This document shows, piece after piece, positions 11,492 through 24,216 of a stretch of 34,016 bases of DNA. The notes below the pieces were generated by a model, which was given only the letters and a program-made list of their open reading frames with translations, was not told the DNA's origin and made no database searches. The first letter of the stretch is position 1. Each line of letters begins with the position of its first letter. The position numbers and the translations under genes were made by a program. The DNA lies in contig NC_069007.1 in NCBI RefSeq assembly GCF_001194135.2, positions 5,366,615 through 5,400,630 of the forward strand. The letters run 5' to 3'. The DNA comes from Octopus bimaculoides. Its lineage: Eukaryota.

Positions 11492-11896
11492 GACAAACAC
11501 ACACACACACACACATCTACCAAATCCACTCACAAAACTTTGGTTGGCCTCAGGACATACTAGAGGATACTTGCCCATGGTATCATTCAGTAGGTTTGAA
11601 CCCAGGACCACGTGGTTGGGAAGCAAGCTTCTTACCATACAATCAACCTGCACCTGTTGAGGGCGCCACTTTAGCCACTGACGACCTAACCACGCAACAT
11701 GTTGTATTGGATTCCATGTTACCAACACCACTCACGGGAGACCCAACAAGTAACCTGGCACACATCAGCACCAAGATGAGAGGACCAATAAGCGTTCTAT
11801 ACTCCTTGCGAGAAAAATCCTAAATGTTACATTTTATTCCAATTTCAGTTCACCTGAAGAAAACGTTTTTTTTTTATATGATGTAATTGACTTGTG

Positions 11897-12283
11897 TGGA
11901 GGCGCAATGGTCCAGTAGTTAGGGCAGCGGACTCACGGTCATAGGATCACGGTTTCGATTCCCAGACCAGGCATTGTGAGTGTTTATTGAGCGAAAACAC
12001 CTAAAGCTCCACGAGGCTCCGGCAGGGGATGGTGGCGAACCCCGCTGTACTCTTTCACCACAACTTTCTCTCACTCTTTCTTCCTGTTTCTGTTGTGCCT
12101 GTAATTCAAAGGGCCAGCCTTGTCACACTGTGTCACGCTGAATATCCCCGAGAACTACGTTAAGGGTACACGTGTCTGTGGAGTGCTCAGCCACTTGCAC
12201 GTTAATTTCACGAGCAGGCTGTTCCGTTGATCGGATCGACTGGAACCCTCGACGTCGTAAGCGACGGAGTGCCAACAACAACA
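11897..12283 (+). mobile_element. SINE family A, full length
   Basis: Same head and tail; TSD-like AATTGACT at 11885-11892 and 12284-12291. Confidence 0.9.
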
Positions 12284-12392
12284 AATTGACTGGTTCATTA
12301 ATAAAAAGAATGCTTGAAAGACCTGTAGTGAATCTCAGCCCATTTGTGTCATTACTTATACTACACCACACTTGGAACCTTCCCTGCATTGG

Positions 12393-12570
12393 GAAGTAAC
12401 AGAGGAATTCAAGACAGGCTGCCCCCAGGAGCTCTTCTATGCTGATGACCTTGCTCCTGTAGTTGAATAACAAACCATTATTCACAGACCAGTCTTCCAA
12501 GGAATGGCAATTTTCTAGAATTGCTTCCTTACCCTTGTCCTTTCCTACAATGTCAACCTGTCTAAGATGA
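12393..12570 (+). mobile_element. RTE-clade LINE RT fragment (YADD motif)
   Basis: 12393-12467 reads EVTEEFKTGCPQELFYADDLAPVVE*, followed by NVNLSKM. This resembles the RTE-type EEFKTGCPWELLYADDL region. Confidence 0.75.
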
Positions 12571-13575
12571 ACACCATCTGCATCAAGAATGTGCCCTTAT
12601 CTTTGAACTTCTTATATCTTTCTATATTAAAAAGGGACACTGCGTTGGAACCAGCTGGAAATAGCAACCAAATCTATCAGATCACATTTTACCGTTTTGA
12701 AAAACAAAAACAAAACAAAGAACAAACTGATAAAAGATTCTCTCCCCATCAAAAAAAAACAGGACACATTAGATAATGTAGTCTTAGATAGGCAACGTCT
12801 GGAATAAAAGATAGGATGGAAATGGCTGAAGATGGCTTTGACCGAAGGTCTATTTGGTCAGGGTTGATTAATGTCTGACTCCTCCTCCTCCTCCTCCTCA
12901 TCTTCCGATTCTTCTCCCCTCCTCCTCCTCCTCTTCTCCTCCTTCTTCTCCCCTCCTCNNNNNNNNNNNNNNNNNNNNNNNNNNNNNNNNNNNNNNNNNN
13001 NNNNNNNNNNNNNNNNNNNNNNNNNNNNNNNNNNNNNNNNNNNNNNNNNNNNNNNNNNNNNNNNNNNNNNNNNNNNNNNNNNNNNNNNNNNNNNNNNNNN
13101 NNNNNNNNNNNNNNNNNNNNNNNNNNNNNNNNNNNNNNNNNNNNNNNNNNNNNNNNNNNNNNNNNNNNNNNNNNNNNNNNNNNNNNNNNNNNNNNNNNNN
13201 NNNNNNNNNNNNNNNNNNNNNNNNNNNNNNNNNNNNNNNNNNNNNNNNNNNNNNNNNNNNNNNNNNNNNNNNNNNNNNNNNNNNNNNNNNNNNNNNNNNN
13301 NNNNNNNNNNNNNNNNNNNNNNNNNNNNNNNNNNNNNNNNNNNNNNNNNNNNNNNNNNNNNNNNNNNNNNNNNNNNNNNNNNNNNNNNNNNNNNNNNNNN
13401 NNNNNNNNNNNNNNNNNNNNNNNNNNNNNNNNNNNNNNNNNNNNNNNNNNNNNNNNNNNNNNNNNNNNNNNNNNNNNNNNNNNNNNNNNNNNNNNNNNNN
13501 NNNNNNNNNNNNNNNNNNNNNNNNNNNNNNNNNNNNNNNNNNNNNNNNNNNNNNNNNNNNNNNNNNNNNNNNNNN

Positions 13576-13931
13576 CAGTCATTTGACTGTGGCCATGCTG
13601 GAGCACCACCTTTAGTCGAGGAAATTGACCCAGGACTTATTCTTTGGAAGCCTAGTACTTATTCTATCGGTCTCTTTTGCCGAACCGCTAAGTTACGGGG
13701 ACGTAAACACACCAGCATTGGTTGTGAAGCGATGTTAGGGGGACAAACACAGACACACAAACATATACACACACATACATATATATGTTTTCCATCTACC
13801 AAATCCACTCACAAGGCTTTGGTCGGCCCAAGACTATAGTAGAAGACACTTGCCCAAGGTGCCATGCAGTGGGAATGAACCCAGAACCATGTGGTTGGTA
13901 AGCAAGCTACTTACCACATAGCCACTCCTGC
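13576..13931 (-). mobile_element. SINE family B
   Basis: Aligns to 21990-22373; tail truncated by gap. Confidence 0.85.
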
Positions 13932-14545
13932 AGAGGTTGACTTTGTCTTTCTTCCTTTTTGGTTAATAATATAAGAATCAATCAAGGACTGGGGTTAAGG
14001 TAATTCACTTATCCCTGGCATGAACTAGTTGACCTTGTGCCAAAATTTGAAATGAGTCTGATATTTGGAACATAAATTGACATTAAATTTTGCGGGAAGG
14101 TTTCAAGTCAGATCACATTAGAACTTTTATTAACATTTCTCTTGGGAAACACTGCATTTGTTTCAATTAATATTTAAAATAACAAAGAATTTAGTGGAAT
14201 AACTTTGTCATTATTAATATGGTATTTAGAACATAAATTAACATGAAATTTTGATGGGTGATTTTAATTTAGATCATTCCAAAGCAGGAAATTTGTGGCA
14301 TTGAATCAAAGGCAGTCAAGGACAGGTTGCTATCAAAAGGGTTAAACAGCAAAGGGCAGCAGTGCAAGCGAAATGGAAAATGTGCTGAAGCATTAAAGTA
14401 CAAAAATAAAATAAAATATAAACTATATATATAAAAAAAAAAGCAAGATATTATTTTTCTGCTGCCATGGGGGACTGGAAAATTTTTGCAGCATCTCTTG
14501 ATATTTATGTGAGCATGCACACACATGTATGAGAATGTGCACACA

Positions 14546-14585
<40 letters not shown>

Positions 14586-15670
14586 CGTGAATCGGTGATC
14601 AATGGCAGAAAAGAATTCTTTAATGGTTGACCAAATAATAAGTGCGATATCAGTAGCTGTCCCTTATGCCTGGTTAGCTTTCGACCATCATCCTCCCCTG
14701 CAGTCGATAAAATAAGCCGACAGACAAAGTAATGAAGGCCAACACAGTTGACTGAAGACCATTGAGAGTGGTGCCCCCATTTGGATGTGATTTGAAAAAA
14801 AAACAAAAAAACAAAATGGAAGAAAGAATGAAAGAATAACTAAATGAAGGAATATTAATAAAAAACTTGTTCTTTTGATCTTTAAAGCTCAATACATTAT
14901 GATAGAAAGGCTGGGTTTAAATCTATTGGCTCACAGACAGGCTAATTCGTTATTGAAGAAACTAAAAATACAAGTTAGTATTTAGACAGAGATTGGCATG
15001 TGGCCATGCTGGAGTGTGACATCAACCCCCCACCCCCAGTATTTATCTTTTATTTTTGATTTGATTCAATCTTTTGACTGCAGCCATACTGGAGCATTGC
15101 TTTGAAGAGATTTGTTTGTCAAAAGAATTTGATGTCAGAACTTAAGAAGTCTCATTTCACGTTTCAGTTTGGTATTTATTATTATACAGATCGCTTTTTG
15201 ATGAACCACTAGGTTAATGGGAATGCAAACAAACCAATGCTGGTGGTTGTCAAGTGGTGGTGGGAGACAAACACCAGCTCAACCGTGCACACACACACAC
15301 ACACACACACTCATTTATCTATTTATCTAAATAAATATATATATGTATATATATATAGTTTCTAAGCCTTGTAAAAGAACTCGGAAGGTTGGGCCTCCAG
15401 CCAGGCTCGTCTCAATACCTTTAAAGCCAGGAACTTTCCAGCACCTTGTTATATTTCTTGGCACTCATGGAATTGGAAATCATAAAAGCAGAAGACATGT
15501 TAGAACAATGGAATAATTATAATGGTTATTTGATGGGAATAAAGGAGAATGTATTATATATGAAGAGAAAAATGAACCAAAGAATGATGCCAAATATGTG
15601 AAGTTACACCTGATACATGACATTTGGCAGCAAAAATATCCCAGAAATTCCGAAAAAGAAATGGACCAAA

Positions 15671-16010
15671 ATGAACTTGAGCAAAAGTAAAGTAAAGTTT
15701 GGTATTTAAGGTTAGAAGTAAGGAAATAAGCAAGCTTGTTGATCTTGTAGAACCATACAAGTACTTGAATATGAAAAGGATAATTTATAATCATGACATG
15801 TTGTAAGTAAACATTTCATTGCTGGTTTAACAAGGAACCTTCATTTTGTTTAACATCATGGAAAGAAGGTGAAAGGAAAAAATAGGGGAAAAATGTAAAA
15901 CTTGGTGAGAGTTCTATATAATGGTTCTGAGACAAGTTCGTTATGCTGTGAAATTTAGATTTAGTACCATGGAAAGATGCTTGTCTTAGGAGGTGAATGC
16001 TGTGATCAGG
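15671..16010 (+). mobile_element. Highly decayed RTE-like ORF2 C-terminal fragment
   Basis: Broken motifs MNLSKSKV, EPYKYL, LYNGSET and TMERCL occur in the expected order. Confidence 0.45.
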
Positions 16011-16440
16011 AAAATGAAGAAAAAAAAAAAAAAGGAAGGAAAAGGGAGAATACAAAAAGCAGCAAAGTTAACATGTAGGTAAAAATATAAGTAAAGATTT
16101 ATTGAGAGTTAGGGGAAAACTTAAGGAATGTGTAAATTATATAAAATGGTGGACTCTGCTGTTGAGAAAGGCTGATGAGGGTTTGACAATTTCTTGCTGA
16201 ACAACGTGGAAAGAGGATTTGTTTGTGTTGCATATCAACTCATTCTCTTCATCAAATCGACATTGCTTGTACGGATGTACAGTGTGCCACATGTGAAATG
16301 CTGTAGTGACAAAAGAGTAAGGAGAAACAAAGTATTTTGCTCAAGAACACACTGTGCCACCTGGTTCTATGAATTGAAACTATGATTGTGAGTGTAACAC
16401 CTTTACCAGTAAACCATGCACCACCACTTATGTGTGTCTA

Positions 16441-16485
<45 letters not shown>

Positions 16486-16495
16486 NNNNNNNNNN

Positions 16496-16650
16496 TCCCT
16501 CGAAGTGTGAGGCATTACTACACAGTTAATGCCCTTTATATATAAATTATATATATTTATGAAAAAAATGATGAATTTTTTTCATTATAAGGTTTTTTCA
16601 CGCTGACTACTTGATAAATTCTTATAAAGAATTTATCCTATATTTTATTA
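16496..16650 (+). mobile_element. Diverged second copy of the sequence flanking the 23.9-kb hammerhead
   Basis: ggcattactacacagttaatgcc hairpin and cacgctgactacttgataaattcttataaagaatttatcc match the reverse complement of 23635-23790. The left end is lost in an N gap next to (TA)n. Confidence 0.55.
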
Positions 16651-18199
16651 TATATATATAGATAGATATATTACACACTTATATTATCATCATTTAACGT
16701 CCATGTCCCATGCTGGCATGGGTTGAATAATTTGACAGGATCTGATGGGTCTAAGGACTGCATTGTGCTTTAGTGTTTGTTTGGTATAGTTTCTATGGTT
16801 GGATACTTTTCCTAATACCAACCACATTCCAGTGAGTACTGGGTACCTTTCACATGCCATCAACACTGGTGAGGTCACCTATGCAGCTTGCAAGACTGCA
16901 AGTCTTGAAGTAGGAAGGGGAACTTTATCCTAGGAGACAAAAGAGTAGAGGGGTAAAGTATGAGAGAAAAGGGCTGGAACAGAGCAAGGTTCTTACTGAA
17001 GAGAAACTACATGACTTCCCATGTATCAAATCAACTTACAAAGGTTTGATGCGTCTGAGACTATAGTAGAAGATGGTTGCCCAATGTGCAGTGAAGTGGG
17101 ATTGAACCAGAAGTGAAACCACATGATCGTGAAGCAAGCTTCTTAGACACACAGTCATATCTGCACCACCATCGTTTTATATAAACATTTAAGACTTTGG
17201 AATTCAAAGCATGATTCTTTTATCAGACAACTAACAAATATAGTTTAATTTCTTTGAGATTTTGCTGCAAGGAATTTAGGAATAAATTGCAATTTAAACC
17301 AAATATATTTCGTGATGTTAACATATAATTCAGTTATGATGTTTAATTCAAATAAAATTTTCACACCCAACTATTTTTTGTAATATTTTTCTATTCTTGT
17401 TTTTGTTTAAGTCATTGGATTATGTATGTGTGTGAGTGGGGGTGTGGTCAGGCTGAGGCACCATCTTGAAGTGTCTTGCTGATTAAATTGAGCTCAGAAG
17501 TTATTTCAAACATCCCACTTATTTTCTTAGTTACTGTTTTGCCAAACTGCTAAGTTGTGAAGATGTAAATTACTTGACACCTGTTGCCAAATGGTGAGAA
17601 ATAAATACAGACATCAATGCACAATCACACACACACACATACACACACACACACACACACATATTTGAGCCCCACTTCCAAGACATCCAGCTTTCCAATT
17701 GACACCATAGAAAGAAACATAGGGAACTTGAGGTAAAAAAGAAGCCATCATAATTAGTTTTACATCCTTGTATGCTGGCTATATAATATAATAAATCAGC
17801 AGGGAAAGAAAGTATTTACACAATGCACTACTATTGATATTACACAAGACTCGACGCTCTCAACCATGGTTCACAGTGAACTGCTACCAACCCAAACTGC
17901 CAATCGCTCACAATTCTTTATTTTATAACGAGACAGTCCACATTTAGTCACTTGGGGGTGGGTTTGGAATCCTTCCACAACAATCAGGGAGACTAATCCA
18001 TGTATTAACAACAGAACGGAGCTTCTTTTATCTTTTACTTGCTTCAGTTATTAGACTGCGGCCCTGTTGGAGCATCACTTTGAGCGATAGAATAAGTACT
18101 AGGTTTACAGAGAATAAATCCTGGGGTTGACTTGCGTGACTAAAGGCCGCAGTCAAATGAGTGAAACAAATAAAAGAATATATATGTATGAAGGTATAT

Positions 18200-18545
18200 C
18201 AACATCATCATCATCATCATTATCATCATCACTACCATCGTTTAACATCCGCTTTCCATGCTGGCATGGGTTGGAAGGTTTGACTGGGGACTGGCGAGTC
18301 AAATGGCTGTGCCAGGCTCCAATCTGATCTGGCAGAGTTTCTACAGCTGGATGCCCTTCCTAACGCCAACCACTCCGAGAGTGTAGTGGGTGCTTTTACA
18401 TGCCACCGGCAAGAGGGCCAGTCAGGCGGTACTGGCAACAACCATGCTCAAATGGTGCTTTTATGTGTCACCTGCACAGGAGCCAGTCTAGTGGCACTGG
18501 CAACACCCTCGCTCAAATGTTGTTATCCATGTACCACCAGCACAA
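18200..18545 (-). mobile_element. Family R element
   Basis: High identity to 6005-6340. Other decayed copies at ~7250-7420, ~16685-16870 and ~30385-30480. Confidence 0.75.
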
Positions 18546-20817
18546 GTGCCAGAAGGAAAGTTGTAAGGAAAATGTATTTCGGANNNNNNNNNNNNNNNNN
18601 NNNNNNNNNNNNNNNNNNNNNNNNNNNNNNNNNNNNNNNNNNNNNNNNNNNNNNNNNNNNNNNNNNNNNNNNNNNNNNNNNNNNNNNNNNNNNNNNNNNN
18701 NNNNNNNNNNNNNNNNNNNNNNNNNNNNNNNNNNNNNNNNNNNNNNNNNNNNNNNNNNNNNNNNNNNNNNNNNNNNNNNNNNNNNNNNNNNNNNNNNNNN
18801 NNNNNNNNNNNNNNNNNNNNNNNNNNNNNNNNNNNNNNNNNNNNNNNNNNNNNNNNNNNNNNNNNNNNNNNNNNNNNNNNNNNNNNNNNNNNNNNNNNNN
18901 NNNNNNNNNNNNNNNNNNNNNNNNNNNNNNNNNNNNNNNNNNNNNNNNNNNNNNNNNNNNNNNNNNNNNNNNNNNNNNNNNNNNNNNNNNNNNNNNNNNN
19001 NNNNNNNNNNNNNNNNNNNNNNNNNNNNNNNNNNNNNNNNNNNNNNNNNNNNNNNNNNNNNNNNNNNNNNNNNNNNNNNNNNNNNNNNNNNNNNNNNNNN
19101 NNNNNNNNNNNNNNNNNNNNNNNNNNNNNNNNNNNNNNNNNNNNNNNNNNNNNNNNNNNNNNNNNNNNNNNNNNNNNNNNNNNNNNNNNNNNNNNNNNNN
19201 NNNNNNNNNNNNNNNNNNNNNNNNNNNNNNNNNNNNNNNNNNNNNNNNNNNNNNNNNNNNNNNNNNNNNNNNNNNNNNNNNNNNNNNNNNNNNNNNNNNN
19301 NNNNNNNNNNNNNNNNNNNNNNNNNNNNNNNNNNNNNNNNNNNNNNNNNNNNNNNNNNNNNNNNNNNNNNNNNNNNNNNNNNNNNNNNNNNNNNNNNNNN
19401 NNNNNNNNNNNNNNNGGGGGAGGGGGAGGGGAGAAAGAGCGAGGAGAGAGTGTGTATCTTTGTCTCTCATTCAAAGAGAATTTCAGTAAATGTTGTTTTC
19501 AAATTTTGGCACAAGGCCAGCAATTTCAGGAATAGGGGTAAGCCTATTACATTGACCCCAGTGCTTAACTGGTATTTATCTTATTGATCCTGAAAGAATG
19601 AATGGCAAAGTCGACCCTGGCAACATATAAACTCAGAACGTAACGTAAGAAGAAATGTCACACAGTATTTTTCCTTGCACAATAATGATTCTGCTAGTTT
19701 AGAGAATATTGATTAGAAATCTGTAATAGTTCCATGTTCAAGATGAGGAGTTGCCAAGTTCAATCCCTGGATTACTATTTCTTGAAGACAATTTGAGAGA
19801 ATACAGATTAGAAAGTTATGTCAGTAACATTCGAGACGAGGAAAATAGCACCGAAAATCTCCTTATTTCTGTTATTTAATTATCGTCTTAACCTCAGACC
19901 ACCCCTCTACAAAATTTTTATCATGCTTTTAGAAAGTGTAAAAGGGAAAAAAAAGATCAAATTAAAGAAAATGAAGCTATAGCTGTTATTTCAAACAGCA
20001 ATGCAGAAAGAAGAAAGGAAGGAAGGATAGTCGATGTAATAAAAATGTTTTCCTAAAAATGGGACGATATATCTGAATGAATACAAATGCCATTAGTTCA
20101 GTTGTCAATATAAAATATCTCCTTTCTTTGGAATTTTCCATGAAAAATGTTAAATTGCTCCAAAAATTGTTATTTATCATGGTAATAAAGGAAATGCCCT
20201 CGGTCCATAGATTCCTGTAAATATAAACATATCTCCAAAGATTTGTTTATGAAGCATGATCACAATTCTAATTACATTTGAATAATGATACAGTTTGTAT
20301 CAGCATTAGACATTTCCGAATTATAAATATTCATAACAAAGAATATGTGTTTCTCAGTGAAAATTACATTGGATTTCATGATGGAAATCTATTCACATCA
20401 TGTTCCAGTGCTGTAAAGGGATTGAGAAAACCTGTTTTATTGAGTAAATGTGCTGCGACAAATCCAAATACACTTCCAGAAAAATACATGTCATAAGAGT
20501 ACAGCCAGCAGTGGAATAGATAATCTTAATGGAAGAAAAAAAACCGCAAAAAAAAAAATTAATTGATTTTTTTTTTGCTTTTATAAACAAATTTGTTATG
20601 TTAAGAGCGATGCTAATATCTGCTTTCTATCTTTTATTTGTTTCAGGCATTACACTGTGGCCATGCTGGGGCAACGCCTTAAAAAAATTTGTGTTTAGTT
20701 GAATGAACCAGCCTCAATACTTACATTTTGTTAAGCCTGGTACTTATTCTATTGATCTCTTTTGTTGAACTGCTAGTGTTGTGGGGATGTAAACACACCA
20801 AGACTAGTTGTCAAGCA

Positions 20818-21199
20818 GTTGTTGGTACTCCGTCACTTACGACGTCGAGGGTTCCAGTTGATCCGATCAACGGATCAGCCTGCTCGTGAAATTAACGTGC
20901 AAGTGGCTGAGCACTCCACAGACACGTGTACCCTTAATGTTGTTCTCGGGGATATTCAGCGTGACACAGTGTGACAAGGCTGACCCTTTGATTACAGGCA
21001 CAACAGAAACAGGAAGTAAGAGTGAGAGAAAGTTATGGTGGAAGAGTACAGCAGGGTTCGCCACCATCCCCTGCTGGAGCCTTGTGGAGCTTTAGGTGTT
21101 TTCGCTCAATAAACACTCACAACGCCTGGCCTGGGAATCGAAACTGCGATCCTATGACCGTGAGTCCGCTGCCCTAACCACTGGGCCATTGTGCCTCCA
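20818..21199 (-). mobile_element. SINE family A, full length, nested in an older family-B SINE
   Basis: Near-identical to 5211-5595. AGCAGT on both sides; family-B tail sequence continues on either side. Confidence 0.88.
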
Positions 21200-21968
21200 G
21201 CAGTAATAGGGGGTCAAACACAGACATAAAGACAGTACATTCTGTAAAGTGGTTGGTGTTAGGAAGAGTACCCAGCTGAAGAAACAATGCCAAGATAGAC
21301 ATAGAGCCTGGGCTGCACTTCGGCTGGAGAGCTCCTGTCAAACTACCCAACCCATGCCAACATGAAAAATGAACGTTTTGGTCAACCTGAGGCTATAGTA
21401 GAAATCACTTGCCCAAAGTGCCATGCAGTGGGCCTGAACCCTGAACCATGTGGTTGGAAAGCAAGCTTCTTACCACACAGCTACACCTGAAATTTTACAA
21501 TAATGGAAAAGGCCTTTTATAATGTCTGTAACAAACTCCTAAAAATGTTTTCCCAAAATTAATAAATAAAATTTGTTTTTAGTGATGCAGGCTTGGCTAA
21601 GAACAGGCACTGGCTATGTGGTTCAGAAGTTTGTATCCCGATGATATTGGTTCAAGTTCAGTCCACCTGCATGGTGCCATGGTAAGCGTCTTTTATTATA
21701 GCTTCAGGCCATTCAAAGCCTAGTGAACTATAACTGAGAGAGATTGCACTCACTTAGCTTACTCTTGTTAAAGAATAATAGATTTGTTCTCTACCAAAAC
21801 TATTGAATAATCCTTCCGTTTAATGTAAAATTGTTTTTATTATAACAAACAAACCAACAAACACACAAACAGACACACAAACGAGCAAACACACAAACAC
21901 AAACACACGCACAAACACATGCATACACAAACATGTATGTACATACATACATACATACACTACTCTCT

Positions 21969-22373
21969 CTTTTACTCTTTTACTTGTTTCAGTCATTTGA
22001 CTGTGGCCATGCTGGAGCACCGCCTTTAGTTGAGCAAATCGACCCCAGGACTTATTCTTTGCAAGCCTAGTACTTATTCTATCGATCTCTTTTGCCGAAC
22101 CGCTAAGTTATGGGAACATAAACACACCAGCATCGGTTGTCAAGTGATGTTGGGGGGACAAACACAGACACACAAACATATACACACACATACATATATA
22201 TATATACATATATACGATGGGCTTCTTTCAGTTTCCATCTACCAAATCCACTCACAAGGCTTTGGTCGGCCCGAGGCTATAGTAGAAGACACTTGCCCAA
22301 GATGCCACGCAGTGGGACTGAACCCAGAACCATGTGGTTTGTAAGCAAGCTACTTACCACACAGCCACTCCTA
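21969..22373 (-). mobile_element. tRNA-derived SINE family B (CORE-like GGCACCTTGGGCAAGTGTCTT domain, internal microsatellite, (GTAAAAGA)n tail)
   Basis: Complete head-to-tail copy matching 29690-30018 and 13576-13931. Confidence 0.85.
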
Positions 22374-22551
22374 CGCCTACATACATACATACATACGTAC
22401 ATACACATGGGGCTTAGTAGTAGGATACTGGAATAAGAGGCTGACATTTTACAGAAAAACTATGGAAGCTCAGATTGACATAACTAATTGTCTTGGTGTA
22501 GCATAGACAAATCTTATAACCAAGAATTAAACCACTGAGTTGGCTGGAACC

Positions 22552-23350
22552 TTCAGGCCCATTGCTTGCCTAAACTTTATGTACAAAACGTACACAGGCT
22601 GCCTCAACCAATTCCTCCAGGACAAATGTAAGTCCAACAACACAGTGACTCATTAGCTGGCTGGTGGAAAGAAGGGAGTGTGGGTGTGTACCAAACAACT
22701 TTTGATAAACAAAGCTGTATTGTCTGAGGTAAAAAAACAAAAAAGCATCATTAGAACCTTGGAACAGTATGGCTTGATTATAGGAAGGTATTTGACTTTA
22801 TTGCCCACTCATGGTTGGCGAAGTGTTTCCATTTACCAAAAGTGCCTGCTATCTTTATTGCTGTCGTTGAGATGCTCACAAAGATCCAGGCAGCAATTCT
22901 TCTGCTTAGAATAGAGGATGGAATGATCACCTCCAATATTATGAATATTTCAAAGTGAACATACCCAGGGTACATTTTTCATGTATATCTATTTTTATGT
23001 GATTTCTGGCATTCAATCCATTATCATTCCTGCAACAGAAATCAAATGGCTACAAGCTAGAATCAGCAACTGCAAGAGATATTAATTAAACCCCAAATTT
23101 CTTTGTGGATGATTTCAAGATTTATGCTAAAAATGTTATTGATGCCAGAAAACAGCTGGAATAAGTAAAAACATTTTCATCTGATACAGGAATGGAATTT
23201 GGCCAAAAGAAATGTTCATATTTGATTGTTGAACGGCCAAAATCAGTCTCCCACACCCAATACCTGTGCATCAAAATTCTCACTATCTCACCTGTCCCAA
23301 ACAAAGAATGCCACAAGTACCTAGGCATTGATGAAAATGTATCATACACA
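22552..23350 (+). mobile_element. Decayed R4/Dong-clade non-LTR retrotransposon reverse transcriptase fragment
   Basis: Translates, with stops and frameshifts, as FRPIACLNFMYKTYT...AGGKKGVWVCTKQLLINKAV...VWLDYRKVFD..AHSW...FFVDDFKIYA...TFSSDTGMEFGQKKC...KYLGIDEN. These are RT motifs in the R4/Dong style (xVDD at 23102-23113). Confidence 0.85.
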
Positions 23351-23585
23351 AGGTACTATGAATAGAAATAGAGTGTGACAAAAATCAGTGCTGTCGATAA
23401 TTTCTACAGAATTGAGCTTAATAAGTGATGTAAGAGCACTGCTAACACAGTAGAACATGGTTATTGACTTATAAAAACGTTCAATATATTTTGTAGTGTA
23501 TTATGGTTGCATGACGAAATATGGAGCCCCTATCCATTATTACTCCATTTAATGTTTGTAGTCAGTCATTTCACCTGATTTTCTT

Positions 23586-23618
<33 letters not shown>

Positions 23619-23624
23619 TTGATT

Positions 23625-23995
23625 AATAAATTCAAAAAGGGATAAAAATCTTTTACAAGAATTTTATCAGGAAGCCAGTGTGTAAAAAAATTCATAGGGG
23701 AAATTTCTATTCCCAAGAATATAATTATTCGTTTATATTTATATAAGGAGCATTACTACAGAATAATAATGCCACATACTGGACTTCCCAAAATAAGCAC
23801 ATTTAGTACCGAATGCGAGGAAAAACAACCAACAGAAGAAGACCAACTTTCTTTTAAATAACTCAACTATGTATCGACCGATTTCGCGATTACTAGAATG
23901 AATCTAGACTCCGCTCATCAGCATAGTATTGTTCAGGAAAACATATATAAATAAGCAGAATTCTCACCTTACCAAAAACGAACACTCTGCATATC
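23625..23995 (-). mobile_element. Hammerhead-carrying interspersed repeat fragment (probable Penelope-like pLTR remnant)
   Basis: Bounded by (CA)/(TA) microsatellites and contains the hammerhead. Its 23635-23790 part aligns to a second, inverted copy at 16496-16650. Confidence 0.5.
23866..23927 (-). ncRNA. Type I hammerhead ribozyme (intronic, sense to host gene)
   Basis: Minus strand ACUAUG-CUGAUGA-GCG gagu CUAGA uucau UCUAG uaau CGC-GAAA-UCGGUCGA-UA-CAUAGU. Perfect 6-bp stem I, complete core, G-C-closed stem II, short palindromic stem III, AUA cleavage triplet (cut between 23872 and 23871). Confidence 0.85.
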
Positions 23996-24060
23996 CTAAT
24001 ATATATATATATATATACATACATATGAATTATTGGAAGTACAATGAAATTAAATCTCAC

Positions 24061-24216
24061 CTTCAATTGAAAGAACTCCTGTAGTTGATTGGTTGCCAGC
24101 ATCATTTACAGCTGTACAGGTGTAATTTCCTTCATCAGCATGGGAGATATTGATGATCTTTAGTCCGGTGTCTAAAACTTTTAATCTGCTATTGATGGTT
24201 AGCAATGGTACCCCAT
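24061..24216 (-). CDS. Ig I-set domain 1, C-terminal half (internal exon, 156 nt, phase 1-1)
   Basis: gtctttcgttgcAG|AT GGG GTA...ATT GAA G|GTgaga. Translates (D)GVPLLTINSRLKVLDTGLKIINISHADEGNYTCTAVNDAGNQSTTGVLSIE, containing the canonical L-x-I and D-x-G-x-Y-x-C-x-A-x-N-x-x-G motifs. Confidence 0.93.

Noticed and set aside
12442-12450. CTGATGA motif
   Set aside because: It is the ADD codons of the RT YADD motif; no GAAA or stems follow.
14050-14346. Possible piggyBac-like end (AAAGGG|TTAA at ~14340)
   Set aside because: Only one terminus is visible and no matching TIR was found, so it is not called.
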